Virus record (IMG/VR): IMGVR_UViG_3300021400_003144
DNA: 64,000 nt
Source of the DNA: a virus
Taxonomy: Duplodnaviria > Caudoviricetes
Direction: 5' to 3' (one strand)
Shown here in pieces: positions 19,347 to 29,058 of the stretch; position 1 is the stretch's first letter; the number at the start of each line of letters is the position of its first letter. A program made the position numbers and the translations under genes. The notes beneath the pieces were generated by a model, which saw only the letters and a program-made list of their open reading frames with translations, did no database searches and was not told the origin of the DNA.

Positions 19347-20402
19347 ATGAAGTTTGATATGATTGTAACAAATCCTCCATACAATAGTGATTTATATGTA
19401 GACATCCTAAATAAAATATACAAGACATTCAGATATAACATGATTGCTATAATACCTGCTAAGTGGACAGATAGAAATGGTATGAAAGGTAGTAATAACT
19501 ATGAATACTTTAGGGAGTATATAGTACCTCATGTTGATAAGGTTATAAAATATAGAGATGCTTGGGATGTATTTGAGATAGGATGTCCAGATGGGATAAG
19601 TATTTTAAAGATAGACTCTGCAAATACAGAGAAACATAATACAAAATTAGTAAAGTTTAAGTGTAAGCTAAATAAGAACTTTGAACAAGACTGGGAAGAG
19701 CATAGTGAAGATAAACTTGAGCTTATTCCTAACAGAATAAGACAGATATTAAATAAAGTAAAATCTTTAGCTAAGAATCCTGAGTTGACAATGGCTGATG
19801 CAATAGGATTTAAGAGAGCTATATACATAGATGATTATTTTAAACCTTATAAGACTAGAAAGAGTGCTGATGATGTTGAAATTCATAGCATAACAGCTTT
19901 TGAGGGATATGCATCAAAGTATGACTTGAAAACTATAAGAGATATAGAAATGTTTAAGTGTATTCAGACATGCATGCCAGTGTCTGGTGCAGGAAGAACA
20001 TTTAGTGAGGTCAGTGGTGATACACTTGGTGGAAATATGGTTGGAATATTAAAGCCATATCAAATACCTAAAGCTGGATATAAAGAGATTGCTAATTTTG
20101 ATAATATAGATGAGTGTATATCTTTAAAGAGCTATATGGAGAGTGAATTAGTAAGATTTTTATACTTTTGTGGTGTATGTGGTGTTCAGATAAGCGGATT
20201 GTTTTATAAATATGTTCCATTTGAAGATGACTGGGGTATCATATATGAAGATAGAGCACCTATTGGAGTAGAGACAGATGCAGATGGCAAATATGTTGGA
20301 ACAGATGGAAAAACACATATGAGTTTGTATAATAGATATAAGCTTAGTGAGGATGATATAAAAATCATTGAGAGTATAATAAGACCACGTAAAACTAAAT
20401 AA
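19347..20402 (+). CDS. Eco57I-like N6-adenine methyltransferase catalytic/TRD protein lacking motif I
   Basis: Begins MKFDMIVTNPPY; IIPAKW; C-terminal LYNRYKLSEDDIKIIES. Confidence 0.75.
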   Translation: MKFDMIVTNPPYNSDLYVDILNKIYKTFRYNMIAIIPAKWTDRNGMKGSNNYEYFREYIVPHVDKVIKYRDAWDVFEIGCPDGISILKIDSANTEKHNTKLVKFKCKLNKNFEQDWEEHSEDKLELIPNRIRQILNKVKSLAKNPELTMADAIGFKRAIYIDDYFKPYKTRKSADDVEIHSITAFEGYASKYDLKTIRDIEMFKCIQTCMPVSGAGRTFSEVSGDTLGGNMVGILKPYQIPKAGYKEIANFDNIDECISLKSYMESELVRFLYFCGVCGVQISGLFYKYVPFEDDWGIIYEDRAPIGVETDADGKYVGTDGKTHMSLYNRYKLSEDDIKIIESIIRPRKTK

Positions 20403-20426
20403 AGAAAGCAGAGAGGAAAAAGTTCA

Positions 20427-21050
20427 ATGACATATAGAGATTTTCTTTTACTTACAAATGGTAAAAGGTACAAGGTACTTGATACAGAGACCACTGGATT
20501 TAACTTTTATGGCAATAAAGGTTTAAATGGAGACAGAATTACAGATATCTGTATCTATACAGTAGAAGATGGTAAGATATTAGATAAGTATAGTACATTA
20601 ATAAATCCTGAGAGAGATATTCCAGAGAATATAGTTAAGCTTACAGGAATTGAGAACTCAATGGTTAAATGGGCAAAACCTTTTAATGATGTTGCAGCAG
20701 ACATATATAATTATTTAAGTGATGGTATAGTTGTTGGTCATAACGTAAGTTTTGACTGGGATAAGTTTATTGTACCATCTTTTAAGCATTATGTAGGATA
20801 CTATCCTACAAATGAGACAATAGATACTTTAGACTTCGCAAGAACATTTATGACAAATGCTAAGAATCATAAGTTAGGAACTGTATATACAGAGTTAACT
20901 GGAAAGAAGCCTAAGGGAGCACATAGAGCTGAAGCTGATGTGGTAATGACAGTTGAAGTATTTCTTAAGTTTAAGGAATTTGCAATAGCAAATAGAGAAT
21001 CAATTGAAAAATGTTTTTTGGCAGCAAATACTGAAGAAGTTTCTGCATAA
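20427..21050 (+). CDS. DEDDh 3'-5' exonuclease (DnaQ/PolC-epsilon-like)
   Basis: LDTETTG, GHNVSFD, IDTL, HRAEAD. Confidence 0.9.
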   Translation: MTYRDFLLLTNGKRYKVLDTETTGFNFYGNKGLNGDRITDICIYTVEDGKILDKYSTLINPERDIPENIVKLTGIENSMVKWAKPFNDVAADIYNYLSDGIVVGHNVSFDWDKFIVPSFKHYVGYYPTNETIDTLDFARTFMTNAKNHKLGTVYTELTGKKPKGAHRAEADVVMTVEVFLKFKEFAIANRESIEKCFLAANTEEVSA

Positions 21051-21052
21051 TT

Positions 21053-21086
21053 AAAGGGGAGTCTATTTATTATAGACTCTCTTTTA
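21053..21086 (+). terminator. rho-independent terminator
   Basis: AAAGGGGAGTCTA / TAGACTCTCTTTT. Confidence 0.7.
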
Positions 21087-21126
21087 TATTAGTTATTAAT
21101 AAATTTATTAAATATGTGGGTGATTT

Positions 21127-22119
21127 ATGCTTAAGATTGATGATTTAGATATAATTTATAATATGACAATGGCTTTTGAGCATACTAACTCTTTTGTAAA
21201 TGTACTGTATTCTAAAGGTGTTAAGAATGTTAAAGAGTTTTATGAATCTTATATAATACATGTAGATGACAATGAAACATGGATTTATATACCAGATGGG
21301 GTATTCCATCTATACAATATATGTGATGGGTGTGACTATAGGAATTTAAGATTTGTAGGTGGTGCTGATTTAGCAGAGATGAACTATTTGTTTAAGAATG
21401 TTGCAGTTACAGGTGAGCTTGATTTAACAAGACTTAAATCTGGTAATGTAAAATCAATACATTCAATGTTTTTAGGTGCTAATATAAAGAAGATTAAGTT
21501 TGGTAAAGATTGGCATAGCTTAGATCGTACATCTGATGCATTTTGTAGATGCACAATACATGGAGAACTTGACATTAGTGATATTGTATTTGATAACTTG
21601 ACTATGGCAGCTGGTATGTTTATGTATGCTGATATATCTAGTATTAATATGAACAATCTGAAGTTACCTAGTCTAACACGTGCAGATGGGATGTTCTCTA
21701 ATGCTAAAATAGGTAGTCTTAGAATTAATAATGTGGGTATTCCTAAAGTAGACAGCTTAAATAGTGCATTCAGTTGGGCTGAGATAGATAAGCTGAGTAT
21801 AAGTGGAATAGATGCATCAAAGATAAAGAATTTTACATATATGTTTTTGGGTGCTACTATAAAGTCTAAGTTAGACTTGTCTGGTTTAAATGTTATAATT
21901 AAAGATGATAGGGATAGCATTGAAAGCATGTTCAATGGCTGTAGTATACCAGAATTGGACATTAGAAATTTTAAGGTAGATAAGGATTATAGGATGGATA
22001 ATATATTTATTGAGAGTGATATTGGTGTCTTATATGCAGGTAATGACAAGATATTGCATAGGGCAATGATAGAAAGAAGCTATATAAATAAGGTTATAGA
22101 CATAAGAAAGAATAGGTAG
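21127..22119 (+). CDS. BspA/DUF285-like leucine-rich repeat protein
   Basis: About 25-aa repeats of the form LD(L/I)S...MF... Confidence 0.7.
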   Translation: MLKIDDLDIIYNMTMAFEHTNSFVNVLYSKGVKNVKEFYESYIIHVDDNETWIYIPDGVFHLYNICDGCDYRNLRFVGGADLAEMNYLFKNVAVTGELDLTRLKSGNVKSIHSMFLGANIKKIKFGKDWHSLDRTSDAFCRCTIHGELDISDIVFDNLTMAAGMFMYADISSINMNNLKLPSLTRADGMFSNAKIGSLRINNVGIPKVDSLNSAFSWAEIDKLSISGIDASKIKNFTYMFLGATIKSKLDLSGLNVIIKDDRDSIESMFNGCSIPELDIRNFKVDKDYRMDNIFIESDIGVLYAGNDKILHRAMIERSYINKVIDIRKNR

Positions 22120-22121
22120 AT

Positions 22122-22880
22122 ATGAATGTGTTAGATGATATAAACATTGTGTACTCCATAGTTGTAGCAGCTTGTGGAGCAGGAGCTATAGGATTAGTTG
22201 GAGTAGTATTTGAGAAAGCAAATAGTATAACATTTAAATTTATATGCGGATTACTTAGAGCTATTATAGTAGCACTAACAATATATTTAGAGGCAGCTCA
22301 GTTTGATATAAGTAGAGAGATAGGTTCTAAGTTATTAAGTAATGGTACTTTAATAATTGCAATAATATCATTTGTATCACAGAAGGCTCTTAGTAATGTA
22401 ATAGGAGGCATCTCTATTTCTTTATCAAAACCTTTAGAGATTGGACAGAAAGTGAGTATATATAATAATAGTGCTTTACTAGCTGAGGGTATAGTCACTG
22501 AAATGTGTGCTAGACACATTGTTATAAGAAAATATGACGGTAAGAGTTGTATAATACCTAATAGTATAGTTGATAGTGCTGTTATAATTAATGATAATTA
22601 TGAAGATGGTTGTGGAAAGTACTTTGAAGTTTCTATAGATAGACTTGCAGATACAGATAAAGCAATAGGTATTATTAAGAGTATACTTAGAATATGTAAT
22701 GATGTGCTTGATAGAAATCCAGAGATACTTGTAAGTAAAGTAGATGAAAATACAAAAACATTGAAGTTTACACTATGGACAAAAGATTTAGACAGTAGTT
22801 ATGTAACAAGTAGTATACTAAGAGATAAAATAAGCTATGCTTTTAATATAGAGGGTATAAAGGTTTATAAAATTTCTTAA
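22122..22880 (+). CDS. MscS-family mechanosensitive channel
   Basis: TM helices; SQKALSNVIGG, KPLEIGQKV, IIPNS. Confidence 0.85.
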   Translation: MNVLDDINIVYSIVVAACGAGAIGLVGVVFEKANSITFKFICGLLRAIIVALTIYLEAAQFDISREIGSKLLSNGTLIIAIISFVSQKALSNVIGGISISLSKPLEIGQKVSIYNNSALLAEGIVTEMCARHIVIRKYDGKSCIIPNSIVDSAVIINDNYEDGCGKYFEVSIDRLADTDKAIGIIKSILRICNDVLDRNPEILVSKVDENTKTLKFTLWTKDLDSSYVTSSILRDKISYAFNIEGIKVYKIS

Positions 22881-22897
22881 AATAAGTAAATTAAGTA

Positions 22898-22926
22898 TTG
22901 ACAAAATGAGAAAAAAGTATTATTAT
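22898..22926 (+). promoter_or_regulatory. sigmaA-type promoter
   Basis: AGTA-TTGACA-17-TATTAT. Confidence 0.7.
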
Positions 22927-22969
22927 ATATAAGTAAGTTAAGTATAAGTGACTAAAAAGGAGTTGGCTT

Positions 22970-23401
22970 ATGACAAGAGAAGATTTAATAAAAGTTAGAG
23001 ATAAAATTGCTAGTAAGCTTGATGAAGAGAGCAGAGCAGAGCTTATTTGTCTGTATGATATAGTAGCTTCACCTGATTGCGGTGGTATGACAAATGATGA
23101 AATGAAGAGACTTCTTAACAATAAGACTCTTGATGAAATCAGTTGGAGTGAGTATTTATATATTAGAAAGCAGGCTAAGAGTCCTAAGAATGTAGTTATT
23201 GCTGATAAGAGTGGTGCATACTATGTAGTACTTGATTGTAAGCTAGATGGTGCTGTAAAGGCTATTTACGAGACTGGTGAGATGTGTTGGCTTAAAGAAT
23301 ATAGGGTTGTAAGTGGTATTCAACATGAAAACTTCATGAGTGCTGTGGCTGAGATGTATAGCTATGTAGTAGATAGAAATAGACAGGCACTTAGGGATTG
23401 A
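22970..23401 (+). CDS. hypothetical protein, paralogue of 23482
   Basis: N-terminus MTREDLIKVRDKIASKLDEESR matches MNRKDWIAVRNKIAEKLDDETR. Confidence 0.8.
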   Translation: MTREDLIKVRDKIASKLDEESRAELICLYDIVASPDCGGMTNDEMKRLLNNKTLDEISWSEYLYIRKQAKSPKNVVIADKSGAYYVVLDCKLDGAVKAIYETGEMCWLKEYRVVSGIQHENFMSAVAEMYSYVVDRNRQALRD

Positions 23402-23417
23402 AAAAAATAGGGAATTG

Positions 23418-23446
23418 TTGACAAATAGAATTTTATATATTATAAT
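23418..23446 (+). promoter_or_regulatory. consensus sigmaA promoter
   Basis: TTGACA-17-TATAAT. Confidence 0.85.
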
Positions 23447-23481
23447 ATATAAGAATTAAATATTAAGGGAGGTTATCCAAC

Positions 23482-24117
23482 ATGAATAGAAAAGATTGGA
23501 TTGCTGTTAGAAACAAAATTGCAGAGAAGCTTGATGATGAGACAAGAGTAGATTTCATGGCTTACTCTTCTGTTATGCCTTATGAATTTGGTGGGGCAAG
23601 TGAAGAGTATTTGAAGGCAGTTCTTGATGGTAACAAGCTTGAGGATATCTGTTTTGACAAGTTTAAGTACCTTACTAAGAACATGAAGGACATTAAGTAT
23701 GCTGAGGATATCAAGTATGCCATTGTTGAGGTAACAGATGGTGATAAGACAAAGATTGGAGTAATTACAGAAGTCAATACTGATAATGACAGTATCACTG
23801 TAATATTTGAGGATGGCAGTGTTTCAATTCTTGGTGCTAAGTCAGTTAGAGAATCTGACATCAGAGTTGTTGGTAGAAAGAGAGAGAATCTGTTTGAGGC
23901 TATGAAGTATGCTTCAGAGTTTGCAAAGAAGCGTGACCTTAGAGCTAAGGCTGATGAAGTAAAGGCTAAGGTAAAGGCTAAGACAGAGGCTAGAGCAGAA
24001 GCTAAGGCAGAGACTAAGGCAGGTGAAAACAAGGCTGAAGCTAGTGAAGCTGATGTAACACCTAAAGAGGTTATTGACCTTGTAACAATTATGTTAAATG
24101 ACTTCTTTAACAGATAA
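23482..24117 (+). CDS. hypothetical protein with A/K/E-rich tail, paralogue of 22970
   Basis: GGGAGG RBS; shared N-terminus. Confidence 0.85.
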   Translation: MNRKDWIAVRNKIAEKLDDETRVDFMAYSSVMPYEFGGASEEYLKAVLDGNKLEDICFDKFKYLTKNMKDIKYAEDIKYAIVEVTDGDKTKIGVITEVNTDNDSITVIFEDGSVSILGAKSVRESDIRVVGRKRENLFEAMKYASEFAKKRDLRAKADEVKAKVKAKTEARAEAKAETKAGENKAEASEADVTPKEVIDLVTIMLNDFFNR

Positions 24118-24121
24118 ATTG

Positions 24122-24150
24122 TTGACAAGTGATAGAAAAGGTTTTATAAA
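24122..24150 (+). promoter_or_regulatory. sigmaA-type promoter preceding a 340-nt structured intergenic region
   Basis: TTGACA-17-TATAAA. Confidence 0.5.
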
Positions 24151-24489
24151 AATTGTATACAAAAACGAGGTATAAAATTACCGAGTAAAAAATAAGTGCT
24201 TATGGGCTGTGTCATTTAGGTGGCATTGCACATAAGCATTTAATTTAAAATTAAGAAACAGTGAGCTAAAATTTGGTGAGCTGTAGATAGATTTTATCTT
24301 TATTTTAAATTAAATGTGTTGATGATTAATTTTAGATAGAAAAAATTATTTATGATAGCTTGTTGAAAAATTACAAGCTGTAGGATTAAAATTTGATGTG
24401 CATAAAGAAATAATTTATGTTATACATTTGAGTATCAGTTAGAATTTGAGAATAGTCTGTATATTGTAAATTTATGGAGGAAATAAGAT

Positions 24490-25110
24490 ATGCAGTTGAA
24501 TATAGATGATTTGGACATGATAAAGAATAATCTAGCTCATAAGATTAGAGGGCATCATAATCAGATGGAGTTTAATGCTTTGTTTGATGTGTTAAAAGCA
24601 CAATCTGGCGATGATGTAGCACTAAAGGCTAGAGTAAAGACAATCTTGGATAGAGCAAATAGCTGGGAAGATGTTGTTAATAGCTATGCATATAAAGATG
24701 TAGAAGTATATGATGTCATAGAGATAAATAATGTTCTAGTGTTTGTGCTTGGAGTAGAAAATAAGAGCACTGATAACAAAGATGGTTCTGAAGATGGTAG
24801 TCATTCATACATGATTGATATTAGAGGTATCAATGAGAATGGAGAAGTATTCATTGCAGAGTTTAAGGATGGTTCTCAGGTATTTGATGATGATAAAATG
24901 GATGCAATAAATGAGCAGGTGATTAATTTTATTAACTCAGAGCCTAACACATTTATTGAAGGTATGGAGTTATTTATAAGGAGTGTGAAAAATAAGATTG
25001 ATGCAGGTGCAGATATTACAAGTGAGGACTCTGAGTCATATGAGAAATATCTTGAGAAAATGGCTACTGAGTATGAGAATGAGCATGAGTATTATGATAA
25101 AATATCATAA
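24490..25110 (+). CDS. acidic hypothetical protein
   Basis: GGAGG RBS; possibly distantly related to 22970/23482. Confidence 0.8.
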   Translation: MQLNIDDLDMIKNNLAHKIRGHHNQMEFNALFDVLKAQSGDDVALKARVKTILDRANSWEDVVNSYAYKDVEVYDVIEINNVLVFVLGVENKSTDNKDGSEDGSHSYMIDIRGINENGEVFIAEFKDGSQVFDDDKMDAINEQVINFINSEPNTFIEGMELFIRSVKNKIDAGADITSEDSESYEKYLEKMATEYENEHEYYDKIS

Positions 25111-25129
25111 TAAAATAAAGGACTAACTT

Positions 25130-25159
25130 TAAGAAGGTTAAATAACCTTCTTATTTTTA
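25130..25159 (+). terminator. rho-independent terminator
   Basis: TAAGAAGGTTA / TAACCTTCTTA plus T-tract. Confidence 0.75.
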
Positions 25160-25248
25160 TGGTTGGGGTTAGTTATAATTTTATATAGGCTGTTTTATAT
25201 TATTAGATATATTATAAAACTTATATTTTTTGGAGGGTTTATGCTCAT

Positions 25249-25509
25249 ATGAGAGATTATGTTGTCGGAAATTCAAGTAAGATTTGTCCTTGTAAAAATT
25301 GTACAGACAGAGGTCTTGTTAATGGAAAGCCTTGTCATTCTAGCTGTAACAGTTATAAAGAGTATAAGGCTACTGTGGATGCAGAAAGTGCTAAAATAAG
25401 AAAAGCTAAGGCAGAGATATATTCAATTCCTTTTCACAAGGCTGGCATGCCAGGGTATAGAAATAAGAGTACAGGTGGATTGAATCTTACATACAAGAAT
25501 AGTGTATAA
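25249..25509 (+). CDS. small Cys/His-rich (probable Zn-binding) protein
   Basis: CPCKNCTDR...CHSSCNSY. Confidence 0.7.
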   Translation: MRDYVVGNSSKICPCKNCTDRGLVNGKPCHSSCNSYKEYKATVDAESAKIRKAKAEIYSIPFHKAGMPGYRNKSTGGLNLTYKNSV

Positions 25510-25517
25510 GGGAATAT

Positions 25518-26129
25518 ATGGAAAAGTTAAGGGCTTTTAGAGTTAGAAGAGATAATATAGCTAAGTACGCTATGGGCATACTTACATTTTTAAAAGACAA
25601 TAGAAGTTGGATAAACGAAGATTGGCATGAAAGAGGATATAGAATTGTAAATAAGGATAATACACTCTGGTTCGATGCTAGAGACTTATATAATAAATAC
25701 AGCAGATATAATGATTTAAGTATATTCAATGATAAAGAAGTTGTTAATATAAAGACATTACCTTATTTGCAGATTAGGTTTAGTAAGTTCAGTGTAAGAC
25801 TTGATGTTGACATCTTATCTCATGCAAATAGCTGGGTAACCGATATGAGGTTACATGAGCTTATGAGCAGTATAAAGATTGTGGAGTCACTTTATAATAA
25901 ATCTGCTGAACCATATGTAAAATCATGCAGGCAAGGTGATTTTATAGTAGGAATGTGGGAAAATTATGGTAGTGAAGATAAGAATTTATCAGTACTAAGA
26001 AAGAACATAAAGAGTGCTGAACTTAATAACATTACTGATGATGAATTAAGCAATTTATATTATGCAGTTAAGCATGCAGATGGAAGTTACACTCTATTTT
26101 TAAAGGATAGAATACTAGATTTAAAGTAA
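25518..26129 (+). CDS. hypothetical protein
   Basis: ORF in the operon. Confidence 0.7.
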   Translation: MEKLRAFRVRRDNIAKYAMGILTFLKDNRSWINEDWHERGYRIVNKDNTLWFDARDLYNKYSRYNDLSIFNDKEVVNIKTLPYLQIRFSKFSVRLDVDILSHANSWVTDMRLHELMSSIKIVESLYNKSAEPYVKSCRQGDFIVGMWENYGSEDKNLSVLRKNIKSAELNNITDDELSNLYYAVKHADGSYTLFLKDRILDLK

Positions 26130-26135
26130 GATAAT

Positions 26136-27446
26136 ATGAAAAAGAGAAGATATAGTGCAGTAGGTGTTTTGGCTAGTTTAGCATTAACAGTAGCATATAC
26201 AGTGTATGGTGAGGTTAAGCTGGCTGATGTTTCAGGTGTAGTTGAGTCAATACATAGAAGTGAATATAACTCTTCTAATATAATAAAAAATATGCTTAAG
26301 TTAAAAGAGTCAGAAGGCTCAGATAACTATAAAGTGCAGGATGAAGATATAGATAGTTTGAGTTTAAATAAGGACTTCAATAGAATTAAGACTAAAGTTC
26401 TTAATACCTGGGTGGATAAAGACGAGCAGCTTAATATAAATGGTGTAACATATATAATGTTACAACAGTCAAACTATTATAACATAGATACCTTAAGAAA
26501 TGTTAAATACACAGTGTATTATGGTGATAAAGTAATAGACGAAGATGCTGATTATAATATCATATATTCTAAAGAGGGATATAACAATACTCAAATAGTA
26601 ATAATTGCTATACAGGGAGAATATAATCATGACCTCAAGTTGCAGATAAGTAAGGGCATAAGTAATAAAACTGAGTTTATAGATGTCGTAAATACAGATA
26701 GCCTTAGTGGAAATGCTTATAGAATTATAGAGGTTGGTGAAGATAGGCTTGTAGGAATTAAAGTATCTGATGATAAGTTTAAGGATAGTATTGAATTGAC
26801 ATATAATCCTAGACTTGAAGAAGAAAGTATTGAAGATGAGAGTATTGAAGGTGCAGGTGAAAGCATTGAGGAGACACAGGAAAGTATTGAAGAGACACCT
26901 GAAGAAACCATTGAAGAACTAACTGAGATAGAAGAAACATCAGAAGAAAGCCTTGAGGATGAGTCTGAAGGAGCACTTGAGGAAGAGACTGAGTTTGATG
27001 ATGAGGAAGAGACTCTTGAAGATGAAGAAGATTCAGATAATGAAGAAAATTTAACTGAGTCTGAAGAGATACATGACACTAATGATGAGCTATATACAGT
27101 AAATTATAATTACAGTATCTATGGTAAGAAAGATGTACTTGATAAGATTATAGCTGGTGATGTTAGTATGACAGATATAAAATCTGGAGAGGAGTTTATA
27201 GATTATAATAATCTTCAGAGTAAATGGGATGAATACAACTTATCAAATGCATATTCAGATGTTTTAAATGTTAAACTCAATATAAATATAAAAATGACAA
27301 AGAGTGCTATTGAGGGATACATAAAAGATAATGAATATACAAGTATGAATAAAAATCAGACTATAGTTGAGTTCAAGAACTATATAGCTAGGATTTTTAG
27401 GTTTAATATAGAAAAAGATGATTCAGTTGTTACATTTGAAATGTAA
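26136..27446 (+). CDS. membrane-anchored or secreted protein with a long Glu-rich tract
   Basis: Basic N-terminus plus hydrophobic helix; repeated ESIE/EETxE units. Confidence 0.75.
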   Translation: MKKRRYSAVGVLASLALTVAYTVYGEVKLADVSGVVESIHRSEYNSSNIIKNMLKLKESEGSDNYKVQDEDIDSLSLNKDFNRIKTKVLNTWVDKDEQLNINGVTYIMLQQSNYYNIDTLRNVKYTVYYGDKVIDEDADYNIIYSKEGYNNTQIVIIAIQGEYNHDLKLQISKGISNKTEFIDVVNTDSLSGNAYRIIEVGEDRLVGIKVSDDKFKDSIELTYNPRLEEESIEDESIEGAGESIEETQESIEETPEETIEELTEIEETSEESLEDESEGALEEETEFDDEEETLEDEEDSDNEENLTESEEIHDTNDELYTVNYNYSIYGKKDVLDKIIAGDVSMTDIKSGEEFIDYNNLQSKWDEYNLSNAYSDVLNVKLNINIKMTKSAIEGYIKDNEYTSMNKNQTIVEFKNYIARIFRFNIEKDDSVVTFEM

Positions 27447-27529
27447 CAAGTTTTATATCAGTAATATATAGTTTTGACATATAAATATTAAAGTGTATAA
27501 ATTAAAAATAAATTTGGAGGATTCAGATT

Positions 27530-28075
27530 ATGCAGAGATTTTTTGAAGTAGCTTATAAGAAGAAGGACAATGACTTTGTAAAGGATGAAAAAGGCAATAA
27601 GGTAAAATGGGAAAATGCTAAGATTCCTGAGTATAGCACTAAGTATGCAGCTGGAGCTGATTTCTTCTGTGCTGAGGAAGTTAAAATACCTTCTATTTGG
27701 ACAGAAATGTTTAAGAACATTTTTGCAAATGGTAAGGAGCCAGTACAGGTTAAGCCTACTATGGTTCATACAGGTATCAAGGCAAAGATGCAGGAAGATG
27801 AGGTTCTTTATATTATGAACCGTTCAGGTGGACCAAAGAAGGGTCTTGTTCTTGCAAACAGTATTGGTGTTATTGATGCAGACTATTATGGTTGTGATGC
27901 AACAGATGGTGAGATTATGTTTGGATTTTATAACTTCCTTCCATTTGAAATTACAATCAAGGTAGGAGATAAGATTGGACAGGGAGTGTTCCATAAGTTC
28001 CTTAGAGCAGAGAATGATGGTGCAGTTAAGGATGTAGAGCGTACAGGTGGGTTTAATAGTACAGGAAATAAGTAA
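27530..28075 (+). CDS. dut: trimeric dUTPase
   Basis: AAGADF, NRSG, GVIDADYYG, KIGQGVF, RTGGFNSTG. Confidence 0.92.
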   Translation: MQRFFEVAYKKKDNDFVKDEKGNKVKWENAKIPEYSTKYAAGADFFCAEEVKIPSIWTEMFKNIFANGKEPVQVKPTMVHTGIKAKMQEDEVLYIMNRSGGPKKGLVLANSIGVIDADYYGCDATDGEIMFGFYNFLPFEITIKVGDKIGQGVFHKFLRAENDGAVKDVERTGGFNSTGNK

Positions 28076-28095
28076 GAAAAGCATAAGGTGTAAAT

Positions 28096-28263
28096 ATGAA
28101 GCAATATATAAAATTTTTTGATGTACGTAGTTTTGAGCAGTGTTTAAATGGATATATAGAACAGAACAGTGTCAAAGTTGTTAGTATTACACCTTTACTT
28201 GATGGAAGTCATTGTGTAAATACTAATACAAAAGGTTTTTATGTTTTGTTTGAAAAGTTGTAA
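28096..28263 (+). CDS. small hypothetical protein (55 aa)
   Basis: AAGGTG RBS; MKQYIKFFDVRSFEQ...FYVLFEKL translated by hand. Confidence 0.55.
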   Translation: MKQYIKFFDVRSFEQCLNGYIEQNSVKVVSITPLLDGSHCVNTNTKGFYVLFEKL

Positions 28264-28382
28264 GCAGTGCAGTAAGTAAATAAGACAGTGCATCTTAAAG
28301 CAAAGTAAAACAGTATAAAATAAAGGTTTATCATATAGAGATATGTGATAAACCTTATAAATATAGGGGAGGCATAAAGCTT

Positions 28383-28544
28383 ATGGTAGCAACAGATGAT
28401 TTAGATAAGGGTTACCTAGATTATTTATTTGGATTAGCTAAAGAATATGAAGATGATACAGATGACTATGAACTGTACTTGGATAAAATGGCTGCTGAAT
28501 ATGAGGATGAGAGACAGTATAGAATTGGGTTGAACTATAAATGA
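28383..28544 (+). CDS. small very acidic protein (53 aa)
   Basis: GGGGAGG RBS; ATGA overlap with the next gene; translated by hand. Confidence 0.7.
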   Translation: MVATDDLDKGYLDYLFGLAKEYEDDTDDYELYLDKMAAEYEDERQYRIGLNYK

Positions 28545-29041
28545 AATTAAAAGAGTTTATAGGTTTAAAGAGAACATTTGATGGAAGAGTAGCTTTAGAG
28601 TTAAAGATAATAGATATCAAACTTGATACTGGAATCAAAGATTATGTTTATAAAGGCATAAATATGTATGCTTCAACAGCAACATTGTTTGGTAATCATT
28701 ATTTTACAAAAGAGTCATCTGCATATATACGTTCTTTCAAAGATATTATGTGTGACAATACAATTCATAACAGGTATCTAAATAAAAGTAAAGTAGCATT
28801 TGAAAAGTTGCATAGTAGCAGACCAAAAACTAGTGAGATAACGTGTTTAAGTGTAAATAGTGCAGATATGATAGTTGATGTGCTAGGTGAGATAGATATG
28901 AGTATATCTGATGATATTTCATTTATATGGAACGAAGTAAATAAGAGATTACTATGCATATGTTATTACAGTGATTTATCTGTAGATAATAAGCAAATTA
29001 TAGATGATTTGATATTAGACTGTTATGAGAGAGTGATTTAA
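28541..29041 (+). CDS. paralogous family member (MxxKExxDxKxTF family)
   Basis: MKLKEFIGLKRTFD...VLGEID...IWN...KQIIDDLI. Confidence 0.8.
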   Translation: MKLKEFIGLKRTFDGRVALELKIIDIKLDTGIKDYVYKGINMYASTATLFGNHYFTKESSAYIRSFKDIMCDNTIHNRYLNKSKVAFEKLHSSRPKTSEITCLSVNSADMIVDVLGEIDMSISDDISFIWNEVNKRLLCICYYSDLSVDNKQIIDDLILDCYERVI

Positions 29042-29058
29042 GTATTGAGGGATTGAAT

